Shown here piece by piece: positions 49,950 through 61,900 of a DNA stretch of 64,000 nucleotides (position 1 is the first letter of the stretch; each line of letters begins with the position of its first letter). The DNA is from the human T2T-CHM13v2.0 reference genome, Homo sapiens. The stretch is taken from assembly GCF_009914755.1 (NCBI RefSeq), contig NC_060929.1. One strand, given 5' to 3'. The notes under the pieces were generated by a model. The model was not told the origin of the DNA. It searched no databases and worked only from the letters and a program-made list of their open reading frames with translations. The position numbers were made by a program, and so were the translations under genes.

Positions 49950-52900
49950 TATTCAGACCTCTTTGAGGCCTTCGTTGGAAACGGGATTTCTTCATACTGT
50001 GCTAGACAGAAGAATTCTCAGTAACTTCCTTGTGTTGTGTGTATTCAACTCACAGAGTTGAACGATCCTTTACACAGAGCGGACTTGAAACACTCTTTTT
50101 GTGGAATTTGCAAGTGGAGATTTCAGCCGCATTGAGGTCAATGGTAGAAAAGGAAATCTCTTCGTATAAAAACTAGACAGAATGATCCTCAGAAACTCCT
50201 TTGTGATGTGTGCGTTCAACTCACAGAGTTTAACCTTTCTTTTCATAGAGCAGTTAGGAAACACTCTGTTTGTAAAGTCTGCAAGTGGATATTCAGACCT
50301 CTTTGAGGCCTTCGTTGGAAACGGGTTTTTTTCATATAAGGCTAGACAGAAGAATTCCCAGTAACTTTCTTGTGTTGTGTGTGTTCAACTCACAGAGTTG
50401 AACTTTCATTTACACAGAGCAGATTTGAAACACTGTTTTTGTGGAATTTGCAAGTGGAGATTTCAAGCACTTTGAGGACAAAGGCAGAAAAGGAAATATC
50501 TTCGTATAAAAACTAGACAGAATCATTCTCAGAAACTGCTCTGCGATGTGTGCGTTCAACTCTTAGAGTTTAACTTTTCTTTTCAGTCAGCAGTTTGGAA
50601 ACACTCTGTTTGTAAAGTCTGCACGTGGATATTTTGACCACTTAGAGGCCTTCGTTGGAAACGGGTTTTTTTCCTGTAACGCTAGACAGAAGAATTCCCA
50701 GTAACTTCCTTGTGTTGTGTACATTCAACTCACAGTGTTGAACGTTCCCTTAGACAGAGCAGATTTGAAACACTCTTTTTGTGCAATTGGCAAGTGGAGA
50801 TTTCAAGCGCTTTAAGGTCAATGGCAGAAAAGGAAATATCTTCGTTTCAAAACTAGACAGAATCATTCCCACAAACAGCGTTGTGATGTGTTCGTTCAAC
50901 TCACAGAGTTTAACCTTTCTTTTCATAGAGCAGTTAGGAAACAGTCTGTTTGTAAATTCTGTAAGTGGATATTCTGACATCTTGTGGCCTTCGTTGGAAA
51001 CGGGATTTCTTCATATTCTGCTAGACAGAAGAATTCTCAGAATCTTCCTTGTGTTGTGTGTATTCAACTCACAGAGTTGAACGATCCTTTACACAGAGCA
51101 GACTTGAAACACTCTTTTTGTGGAATTTGCAAGTGGAGATTTCAGCCGCTTTGAGGTCCATGGTAGAAAAGGAAATATCTTCGTATAAAAACTAGACAGA
51201 ATGATTCTCAGAAACTTCTTTGTGATGTGTGCGTTCAACTCACAGAGTTTAACCTTTCTTTTCATAGAACAGTTAGGAAACACTCTGTTTGTAAACTCTG
51301 CAAGTGGATATTCAGACCTCTTTGAGGCCTTCGTTGGAAACGGGATTTCTCCATACTATGCTAGACAGAAGAATTCTCAGTAACTTCCTTGTGTTGTGTG
51401 TATTCAACTCACAGAGTTGAACGATCCTTTACACAGAGCGGACTTGAAACACTCGTTTTGTGGAATTTGCAAGTGGGGATTTCAGCCGCTTTGAGGTCAA
51501 TGGTAGAAAAGGAAATATCTTCGTATAAAAACTAGACAGAATGATTCTCAGAAACTCCTTTGTGATGTGTTTTCTCAACTCACAGAGTTTAACCTTTCTT
51601 TTCATAGAGCAGTTAGAAAACACTCTGTTTGTAAAGTCTGCAGGTGGATATTCAGACCTCTTTGAGGCCTTCGTTGGAAATGGGTTTTTTTCATATAAGG
51701 ATAGACAGAAGAATTCCCAGTAACTTCCTTGTGTTGTGTGTGTTCAACTCACAGAGTTGAACTTTCATTTACACAGAGCAGATTTGAAACACTCTTTTTG
51801 TGGAATTTGCAAATGGAGATTTCAAGCGCTTTGAGGCCAAAGGCAGAAAAGGAAATATCTTCGTATAAAAACTAGACAGAATCATTCTCAGAAACTGCTC
51901 TGCGATGTGTGCGTTCAACTCTCAGTGTTTAACTTTTCTTTTCATTCAGCAGTTTGGAAACACTCTGTTTGTAAAGTCTGCACGTGGATAATTTGACCAC
52001 TTAGAGATTTTCGTTGGAAACGGGTTTTTTTCATGTAAGGCTAGACAGAAGAATTCTCAGTAACTTCTTTGTGTTGTGTGTATTCAACTCACAGAGTTGA
52101 ACGATCCTTTACACAGAGCAGACTTGTAACACTCTTTTTGTGGAATTTGCAAGTGGAGATTTCAGCCGCTTTGAAGTCAAAGGTAGAAAAGGAAATATCT
52201 TCCTATAAACACTAGACAGAATGATTCTCAGAAACTCCTTTGTGATGTGTGCGTTCAACTCACAGAGTTTAACCTTTCTTTTCATAGAGCAGTTAGGAAA
52301 CACTCTGTTTGTAAAGTCTGCAAGTGGATATTCAGACCTCTTTGAGGCCTTCGTTGGAAACGGGTTTTTTTCATATAAGGCTAGACAGAAGAATTCCCAG
52401 TAACTTCCTTGTGTTGTGTGTGTTCAACTCACAGAGTTGAACTTTCATTCACACAGAGCAGATTTGAAACACTCTTTTTGTGGAATTTGCAAGTGGAGAT
52501 TTCAAGCGCTTTGAGGCCAAAGGCAAAAAAGGAAATATCTTCGTATAAAAACTAGACAGAATCATTCTCAGAAACTGCTCTGCGATGTGTGCGTTCAACT
52601 CTCAGAGTTTAACTTTTCTTTTCATTCAGCAGTTTGGAAACACTCTGTTTGTAAAGTCTGCACGTGGATATTTTGACCACTTAGGGGCCTTCGTTGGAAA
52701 CGGGTTTCTTTCCTGTAAGGCTAGACAGAAGAATTCCCAGTAACTTCCTTGTGTTGTGTACATTCAACTCACAGAGTTGAACGTTCCCTTAGACAGAGCA
52801 GATTTGAAACACTCTTTTTGTGCAATTGGCAAGTGGAGATTTCAAGCGCTTTAAGGTCAATGGCAGAAAAGGAAATATCTTCGTTTCAAAACTAGACAGA

Positions 52901-55900
52901 ATCATTCCCACAAACTGCGTTGTGATGTGTTCGTTCAACTCACAGTGTTTAACCTTTCTTTTCATAGAGCAGTTAGGAAACAGTCTGTTTGTAAATTCTG
53001 TAAGTGGATATTCTGACATCTTGTGGCCTTCGTTGGAAACGGGATTTCTTCATATTCTGCTAGACAGAAGAATTCTCAGAATCTTCCTTGTGTTGTGTGT
53101 ATTCAACTCACAGAGTTGAACGATCCTTTACACAGAGCAGACTTGAAACACTCTTTTTGTGGAATTTGCAAGTGGAGATTTCAGCCGCTTTGAGGTCCAT
53201 GGTAGAAAAGGAAATATCTTCGTATAAAAACTAGACAGAATGATTCTCAGAAACTTCTTTGTGATGTGTGCGTTCAACTCACAGAGTTTAACCTTTCTTT
53301 TCATAGAGCAGTTAGGAAACACTCTGTTTGTAAAGTCTGCAAGTGGATATTCAGACCTCTTTGAGGCCTTCGTTGGAAACGGGTTTTTTTCATATAAGGC
53401 TAGACAGAAGAATTCCCAGTAACTTCCATGTGTTGTGTGTGTTCAACTCACAGAGTTGAACTTTCATTTACACAGAGCAGATTTGAAACACTCTTTTTGT
53501 GGAATTTCCAAATGGAGATTTCAAGCGCTTTGAGGCCAGAGGCAGAAAAGGAAATATCTTCGTATAAAAACTAGACAGAATCATTCTCAGAAACTGCTCT
53601 GCGATGTGTGCTTTCAACTCTCAGAGTTTAACTTTTCTTTTCATTCAGAAGTTTGGAAACACTCTGTTTGTAAAGTCTGCACGTGGATAATTTGACCACT
53701 TAGAGGTCTTCGTTGGAAACGGGTTTTTTTCATGTAAGGCTAGACAGAAGAATTCTCAGTAACTTCCTTGTGTTGTGTGTATTCAACTCACAGAGTTGAA
53801 CGATCCTTTACACAGAGCAGACTTGTAACACTCTTTTTGTGGAATTTGCAAGTGGAGATTTCAGCCGCTTTGAAGTCAAAGGTAGAAAAGGAAATATCTT
53901 CCTATAAACACTAGACAGAATGATTCTCAGAAACTCCTTTGTGATGTGTGCGTTCAACTCACAGAGTTTAACCTTTCTTTTCATAGAGCAGTTAGGAAAC
54001 ACTCTGTTTGTAAAGTCTGCAAGTGGATATTCAGACCTCTTTGAGGCCTTCGTTGGAAACGGGTTTTTTTCATATAAGGCTAGACAGAAGAATTCCCAGT
54101 AACTTCCTTGTGTTGTGTGTGTTCAACTCACAGAGTTGAACTTTCATTTACACAGAGCAGATTTGAAACACTCTTTTTGTGGAATTTGCAAGTGGAGATT
54201 TCAAGCGCTTTGAGGCCAAAGGCAGAAAAGGAAATATCTTCGTATAAAAACTAGACAGAATCATTCTCAGAAACTGCTCTGCGATGTGTGCGTTCAACTC
54301 TCAGAGTTTAACTTTTCTTTTCATTCAGCAGTTTGGAAACACTCTGTTTGTAAAGTCTGCACGTGGATATTTTGACCACTTAGAGGCCTTCGTTGGAAAC
54401 GGGTTTCTTTCCTGTAAGGCTAGACAGAAGAATTCCCAGTAACTTCCTTGTGTTGTGTACATTCAACTCACAGAGTTGAACGTTCCCTTAGATAGAGCAG
54501 ATTTGAAACACTCTTTTTGTGCAATTGGCAAGTGGAGATTTCAAGCGCTTTAAGGTCAATGGCAGAAAAGGAAATATCTTCGTTTCAAAACTAGACAGAA
54601 TCATTCCCACAAACTGCGTTGTGATGTGTTCGTTCAACTCACAGAGTTTAACCTTTCTTTTCATAGAGCAGTTAGGAAACAGTCTGTTTGTAAATTCTGT
54701 AAGTGGATATTCTGACATCTTGTGGCCTTCGTTGGAAACGGGATTTCTTCATATTCTGCTAGACAGAAGAATTCTCAGAATCTTCCTTGTGTTGTGTGTA
54801 TTCAACTCACAGAGTTGAACGATCCTTTACACAGAGCAGACTTGAAACACTCTTTTTGTGGAATTTGCAAGTGGAGATTTCAGCCGCTTTGAGGTCCATG
54901 GTAGAAAAGGAAATATCTTCGTATAAAAACTAGACAGAATGATTCTCAGAAACTTCTTTGTGATGTGTGCGTTCAACTCACAGAGTTTAACCTTTCTTTT
55001 CATAGAACAGTTAGGAAACACTCTGTTTGTAAACTCTGCAAGTGGATATTCAGACCTCTTTGAGGCCTTCGTTGGAAACGGGATTTCTCCATACTATGCT
55101 AGACAGAAGAATTCTCAGTAACTTCCTTGTGTTGTGTGTATTCAACTCACAGAGTTGAACGATCCTTTACACAGAGCGGACTTGAAACACTCGTTTTGTG
55201 GAATTTGCAAGTGGGGATTTCAGCCGCTTTGAGGTCAATGGTAGAAAAGGAAATATCTTCGTATAAAAACTAGACAGAATGATTCTCAGAAACTCCTTTG
55301 TGATGTGTTTTCTCAACTCACAGAGTTTAACCTTTCTTTTCATAGAGCAGTTAGAAAACACTCTGTTTGTAAAGTCTGCAGGTGGATATTCAGACCTCTT
55401 TGAGGCCTTCGTTGGAAATGGGTTTTTTTCATATAAGGATAGACAGAAGAATTCCCAGTAACTTCCTTGTGTTGTGTGTGTTCAACTCACAGAGTTGAAC
55501 TTTCATTTACACAGAGCAGATTTGAAACACTCTTTTTGTGGAATTTGCAAATGGAGATTTCAAGCGCTTTGAGTTCAAAGGCAGAAAAGGAAATATCTTC
55601 GTATAAAAACTAGACAGGACCATTCTCAGAAACTGCTCTGCGATGTGTGCGTTCAACTCTCAGAGTTTAACTTTTCTTTTCATTCAGCAGTTTGGAAACA
55701 CTCTGTTTGTAAAGTCTGCACGTGGATAATTTGACCACTTAGAGGCCTTCGTTGGAAACGGGTTTTTTTCATGTAAGGCTAGACAGAAGAATTCTCAGTA
55801 ACTTCCTTGTGTTGTGTGTATTCAACTCACAGAGTTGAACGATCCTTTACACAGAGCAGACTTGTAACACTCTTTTTGTGGAATTTGCAAGTGGAGATTT

Positions 55901-58900
55901 CAGCCGCTTTGAAGTCAAAGGTAGAAAAGGAAATATCTTCCTATAAACACTAGACAGAATGATTCTCAGAAACTCCTTTGTGATGTGTGCGTTCAACTCA
56001 CAGAGTTTAACCTTTCTTTTCATAGAGCAGTTAGGAAACACTCTGTTTGTAAAGTCTGCAAGTGGATATTCAGACCTCTTTGAGGCCTTCGTTGGAAACG
56101 GGTTTTTTTCATATAAGGCTAGACAGAAGAATTCCCAGTAACTTCCTTGTGTTGTGTGTGTTCAACTCACAGAGTTGAACTTTCATTTACACAGAGCAGA
56201 TTTGAAACACTCTTTTTGTGGAATTTGCAAGTGGAGATTTCAAGCGCTTTGAGGCCAAAGGCAGAAAAGGAAATATCTTCGTATAAAAACTAGACAGAAT
56301 CATTCTCAGAAACTGCTCTGCGATGTGTGCGTTCAACTCTCAGAGTTTAACTTTTCTTTTCATTCAGCAGTTTGGAAACACTCTGTTTGTAAAGTCTGCA
56401 CGTGGATATTTTGACCACTTAGAGGCCTTCGTTGGAAACGGGTTTCTTTCCTGTAAGGCTAGACAGAAGAATTCCCAGTAACTTCCTTGTGTTGTGTACA
56501 TTCAACTCACAGAGTTGAACGTTCCCTTAGACAGAGCAGATTTGAAACACTCTTTTTGTGCAATTGGCAAGTGGAGATTTCAAGCGCTTTAAGGTCAATG
56601 GCAGAAAAGGAAACATCTTCGTTTCAAAACTAGACAGAATCATTCCCACAAACTGCGTTGTGATGTGTTCGTTCAACTCACAGTGTTTAACCTTTCTTTT
56701 CATAGAGCAGGTAGGAACCAGTCTGTTTGTAAATTCTGTAAGTGGATATTCTGACATCTTGTGGCCTTCGTTGGAAACGGGGTTTCTTCATATTTTGCTA
56801 GACAGAAGAATTCTCAGAATCTTCCTTGTGTTGTGTGTATTCAACTCACAGAGTTGAACGATCCTTTACACAGAGCAGACTTGAAACACTCTTTTTGTGG
56901 AATTTGCAAGTGGAGATTTCAGCCGCTTTGAGGTCCATGGTAGAAAAGGAAATATCTTCGTATAAAAACTAGACAGAATGATTCTCAGAAACTTCTTTGT
57001 GATGTGTGCGTTCAACTCACAGAGTTTAACCTTTCTTTTCATAGAGCAGTTAGGAAACACTCTGTTTGTAAACTCTGCAAGTGGATATTCAGACCTCTTT
57101 GAGGCCTTCGTTGGAAACGGGATTTCTTCATACTGTGCTAGACAGAAGAATTCTCATTAACTTCCTTGTGTTGTGTGTATTCAACTCACAGAGTTGAACG
57201 ATCCTTTACACAGAGCGGACTTGAAACACTCTTTTTGTGGAATTTGCAAGTGGAGATTTCAGCCGCGTTGAGGTCAATGGTAGAAAAGGAGATCTTTTCG
57301 TATAAAAACTAGACAGAATGATTCTCAGAAACTCCTTTGAGATGTGTGCGCTCAACTCACAGAGTTTAACCTTTCTTTTCATAGAGCAGTTAGGAAACAC
57401 TCTGTTTGTAAAGTCTGCAAGTGGATATTCAGACCTCTTTGAGGCCTTCGTTGGAAACGGGTTTTTTTCATATAAGGCTAGACAGAAGAGTTCCCACTAA
57501 CTTCCATGTGTTGTGTGTGTTCAACTCACAGAGTTGAACTTTCATTTACACAGAGCAGATTTGAAACACTCTTTTTGTGGAATTTGCAAATGGAGATTTC
57601 AAGCGGTTTGAGGCCAAAGGCAGAAAAGGAAATATCTTCGTATAAAAACTAGACAGAATCATTCTCAGAAACAGCTCTGCGATGTGTGCGTTCAACTCTC
57701 AGAGTTTAACTTTTCTTTTCATTCAGCAGTTTGGAAACACTCTGTTTGTAAAGTCTGCACGTGGATAATTTCACCACTTAGAGGTCTTCGTTGGAAACGG
57801 GATTTTTTCATGTAAGGCTAGACAGAAGAATTCTCAGTAACTTCCTTGTGTTGTGTGTATTCAACTCACAGAGTTGAACGATCCTTTACACAGAGCAGAC
57901 TTGTAACACTCTTTTTGCGGAATTTGCAAGTGGAGATTTCAGCCGCTTTGAAGTCAAAGGTAGAAAAGGAAATATCTTCCTATAAACACTAGACAGAATG
58001 ATTCTCAGAAACTCCTTTGTGATGTGTGCGTTCAACTCACAGAGTTTAACCTTTCTTTTCATAGAGCAGTTAGGAAACAATCTGTTTGTAAAGTCTGCAA
58101 GTGGATATTCAGACCTCTTTGAGGCCTTCGTTGGAAACGGGTTTTTTTCATAGAAGGCTAGACAGAAGAATTCCCAGTAACTTCCTTGTGTTGTGTGTGT
58201 TCAACTCACAGAGTTGAACTTTCATTTACACAGAGCAGATTTGAAACACTCTTTTTGTGGAATGTGCAAGTGGAGATTTCAAGCGCTTTGAGGCCAAAGG
58301 CAGAAAAGGAAATATCTTCGTATAAAAACTAGACAGAATCATTCTCAGAAACTGCTCTGCGATGTGTGCGTTCAACTCTCAGAGTTTAACTTTTCTTTTC
58401 ATTCAGCAGTTTGGAAACACTCTGTTTCTAAAGTCTGCACGTGGATATTTTGACCACTTAGAGGCCTTCGTTGGAAACGGGTTTTTTTCCTGTAAGGCTA
58501 GACAGAAGAATTCCCAGTAACTTCCTTGTGTTGTGTACATTCAACTCACAGAGTTGAACGTTCCCTTAGACAGAGCAGATTTGAAACACTCTTTTTGTGC
58601 AATTGGCAAGTGGAGATTTCAAGCGCTTTAAGGTCAATGGCAGAAAAGGAAATATCTTCGTTTCAAAACTAGACAGAATCATTCCCACAAACTGCGTTGT
58701 GATGTGTTCGTTCAACTCACAGAGTTTAACCTTTCTTTTCATAGAGCAGTTAGGAAACAGTCTGTTTGTAAATTCTGTAAGTGGATATTCTGACATTTGT
58801 GGCCTTCGTTGGAAACGGGATTTCTTCATATTTTGCTAGACAGAAGAATTCTCAGAATCTTCCTTGTGTTGTGTGTATTCAACTCACAGAGTTGAACGAT

Positions 58901-61900
58901 CGTTTACACAGAGCAGACTTGAAACACTGTTTTTGTGGAATTTGCAAGTGGAGATTTCAGCCGCTTTGAGGTCCATGGTAGAAAAGGAAATATCTTCGTA
59001 TAAAAACTAGACAGAATGATTCTCAGAAACTTCTTTGTGATGTGTGCGTTCAACTCACAGAGTTTAACCTTTCTTTTCATAGAGCAGTTAGGAAACACTC
59101 TGTTTGTAAACTCTGCAAGTGGATATTCAGACCTCTTTGAGGCCTTCGTTGGAAACGGGATTTCTTCATACTGTGCTAGACAGAAGAATTCTCATTAACT
59201 TCCTTGTGTTGTGTGTATTCAACTCACAGAGTTGAACGATCCTTTACACAGAGCGGACTTGACACACTCTTTTTGTGTAATTTGCAAGTGGAGATTTCAG
59301 CCGCGTTGAGGTCAATGGTAGAAAAGGAGATCTCTTCGTATAAAAACTAGACAGAATGATTCTCAGAAACTCCTTTGAGATGTGTGCGCTCAACTCACAG
59401 AGTTTAACCTTTCTTTTTATAGAGCAGTTAGGAAACACTCTGTTTGTAAAGTCTGCAAGTGGATATTCAGACCTCTTTGAGGCCTTCGTTGGAAACGGGT
59501 TTTTTTCATATAAGGCTAGACAGAAGAGTTCCCACTAACTTCCATGTGTTGTGTGTGTTCAATTCACAGAGTTGAACTTTCATTTACACAGAGCAGATTT
59601 GAAACACTCTTTTTGTGGAATTTGCAAATGGAGATTTCAAGCGCTTTGAGGCCAAAGGCAGAAAAGGAAATATCTTCGTATAAAAACTAGACAGAATCAT
59701 TCTCAGAAACTGCTCTGCGATGTGTGCGTTCAACTCTCAGAGTTTAACTTTTCTTTTCATTCAGCAGTTTGGAAACACTCTGTTTGTAAAGTCTGCACGT
59801 GGATAATTTCACCACTTAGAGGTCTTCGTTGGAAACGGGTTTTTTTCATGTAAGGCTAGACAGAAGAATTCTCAGTAACTTCCTTGTGTTGTGTGTATTC
59901 AACTCACAGAGTTGAACGATCCTTTACACAGAGCAGACTTGTAACACTCTTTTTGTGGAATTTGCAAGTGGAGATTTCAGCCGCTTTGAAGTCAAAGGTA
60001 GAAAAGGAAATATCTTCCTATAAACACTAGACAGAATGATTCTCAGAAACTCCTTTGTGATGTGTGCGTTCAACTCACAGAGTTTAACCTTTCTTTTCAT
60101 AGAGCAGTTAGGAAACACTCTGTTTGTAAAGTCTGCAAGTGGATATTCAGACCTCTTTGAGGCCTTCGTTGGAAACGGGTTTTTTTCATATAAGGCTAGA
60201 CAGAAGAATTCCCAGTAACTTCCTTGTGTTGTGTGTTTTTTAACTCACAGAGTTGAACTTTCATTTACACAGAGCAGATTTGAAACACTCTTTTTGTGGA
60301 ATTTGCAAGTGGAGATTTCAAGCGCTTTGAGGCCAAAGGCAGAAAAGGAAATATCTTCGTATAAAAACTAGACAGAATCATTCTCAGAAACTGCTCTGCG
60401 ATGTGTGCGTTCAACTCTCAGAGTTTAACTTTTCTTTTCATTCAGCAGTTTGGAAACACTCTGTTTGTAAAGTCTGCACGTGGATATTTTGACCACTTAG
60501 AGGCCTTCGTTGGAAACGGGTTTTTTTCCTGTAAGGCTAGACAGAAGAATTCCCAGTAACTTCCTTGTGTTGTGTACATTCAACTCACAGAGTTGAACGT
60601 TCCCTTAGACAGAGCAGATTTGAAACACTCTTTTTGTGCAATTGGCAAGTGGAGATTTCAAGCGCTTTAAGGTCAATGGCAGAAAAGGAAATATCTTCGT
60701 TTCAAAACTAGACAGAATCATTCCCACAAACTGCGTTGTGATGTGTTCGTTCAACTCACAGAGTTTAACCTTTCTTTTCTTAGAGCAGTTAGGAAACAGT
60801 CTGTTTGTAAAATCTGTAAGTGGTTATTCTGACATCTTGTGGCCTTCGTTGGAAACGGGATTTCTTCATATTCTGCTAGACAGAAGAATTCTCAGAATCT
60901 TCCTTGTGTTGTGTGTATTCAACTCACAGAGTTGAACGATCCTTTACACAGAGCAGACTTGAAACACTCTTTTTGTGGAATTTGCAAGTGGAGATTTCAG
61001 CCGCTTTGAAGTCCATGGTAGAAAAGGAAATATCTTTGTATAAAAACTAGACAGAATGATTCTCAGAAACTTCTTTGTGATGTGTGCGTTCAACTCACAG
61101 AGTTTAACCTTTCTTTTCATAGAGCAGTTAGGAAACACTCTGTTTGTAAAGTCTGCAAGTGGATATTCAGACCTCTTTGAGGCCTTCGTTGGAAACGGGA
61201 TTTCTTCATACTGTGCTAGACAGAAGAATTCTCATTAACTTCCTTGTGTTGTGTGTATTCAACTCACAGAGTTGAACGATCCTTTACACAGAGCGGACTT
61301 GAAACACTCTTTTTGTGGAATTTGCAAGTGGAGATTTCAGCCGCGTTGAGGTCAATGGCAGAAAAGGAAATCTCTTCGTATAAAAACTAGACAGAATGAT
61401 TCTCAGAAACTCCTTTGAGATGTGTGCGCTCAACTCACAGAGTTTAACCTTTCTTTTCATAGAGCAGTTAGGAAACACTCTGTTTGTAAAGTCTGAAGGT
61501 GGATATTCAGACCTCTTTGAGGCCTTCGTTGGAAATGGGTTTTTTCATATAAGGCTAGACAGAAGAATTCCCAGTAACTTCCTTGTGTTGTGTGTGTTCA
61601 ACTCACAGAGTTGAACTTTCATTTACACAGAGCAGATTTGAAACACTCTTTTTGTGGAATTTGCAAATGGAGATTTCAAGCGGTTTGAGGCCAAAGGCAG
61701 AAAAGGAAATATCTTCGTATAAAAACTAGACAGAATCATTCTCAGAAACTGCTCTGCGATGTGTGCGTTCAACTCTCAGAGTTTAACTTTTCTTTTCATT
61801 CAGCAGTTTGGAAACACTCTGTTTGTAAAGTCTGCACGTGGATAATTTGACCACTTAGAGGCCTTCGTTGGAAACGGGTTTTTTTCATGTAAGGCTAGAC

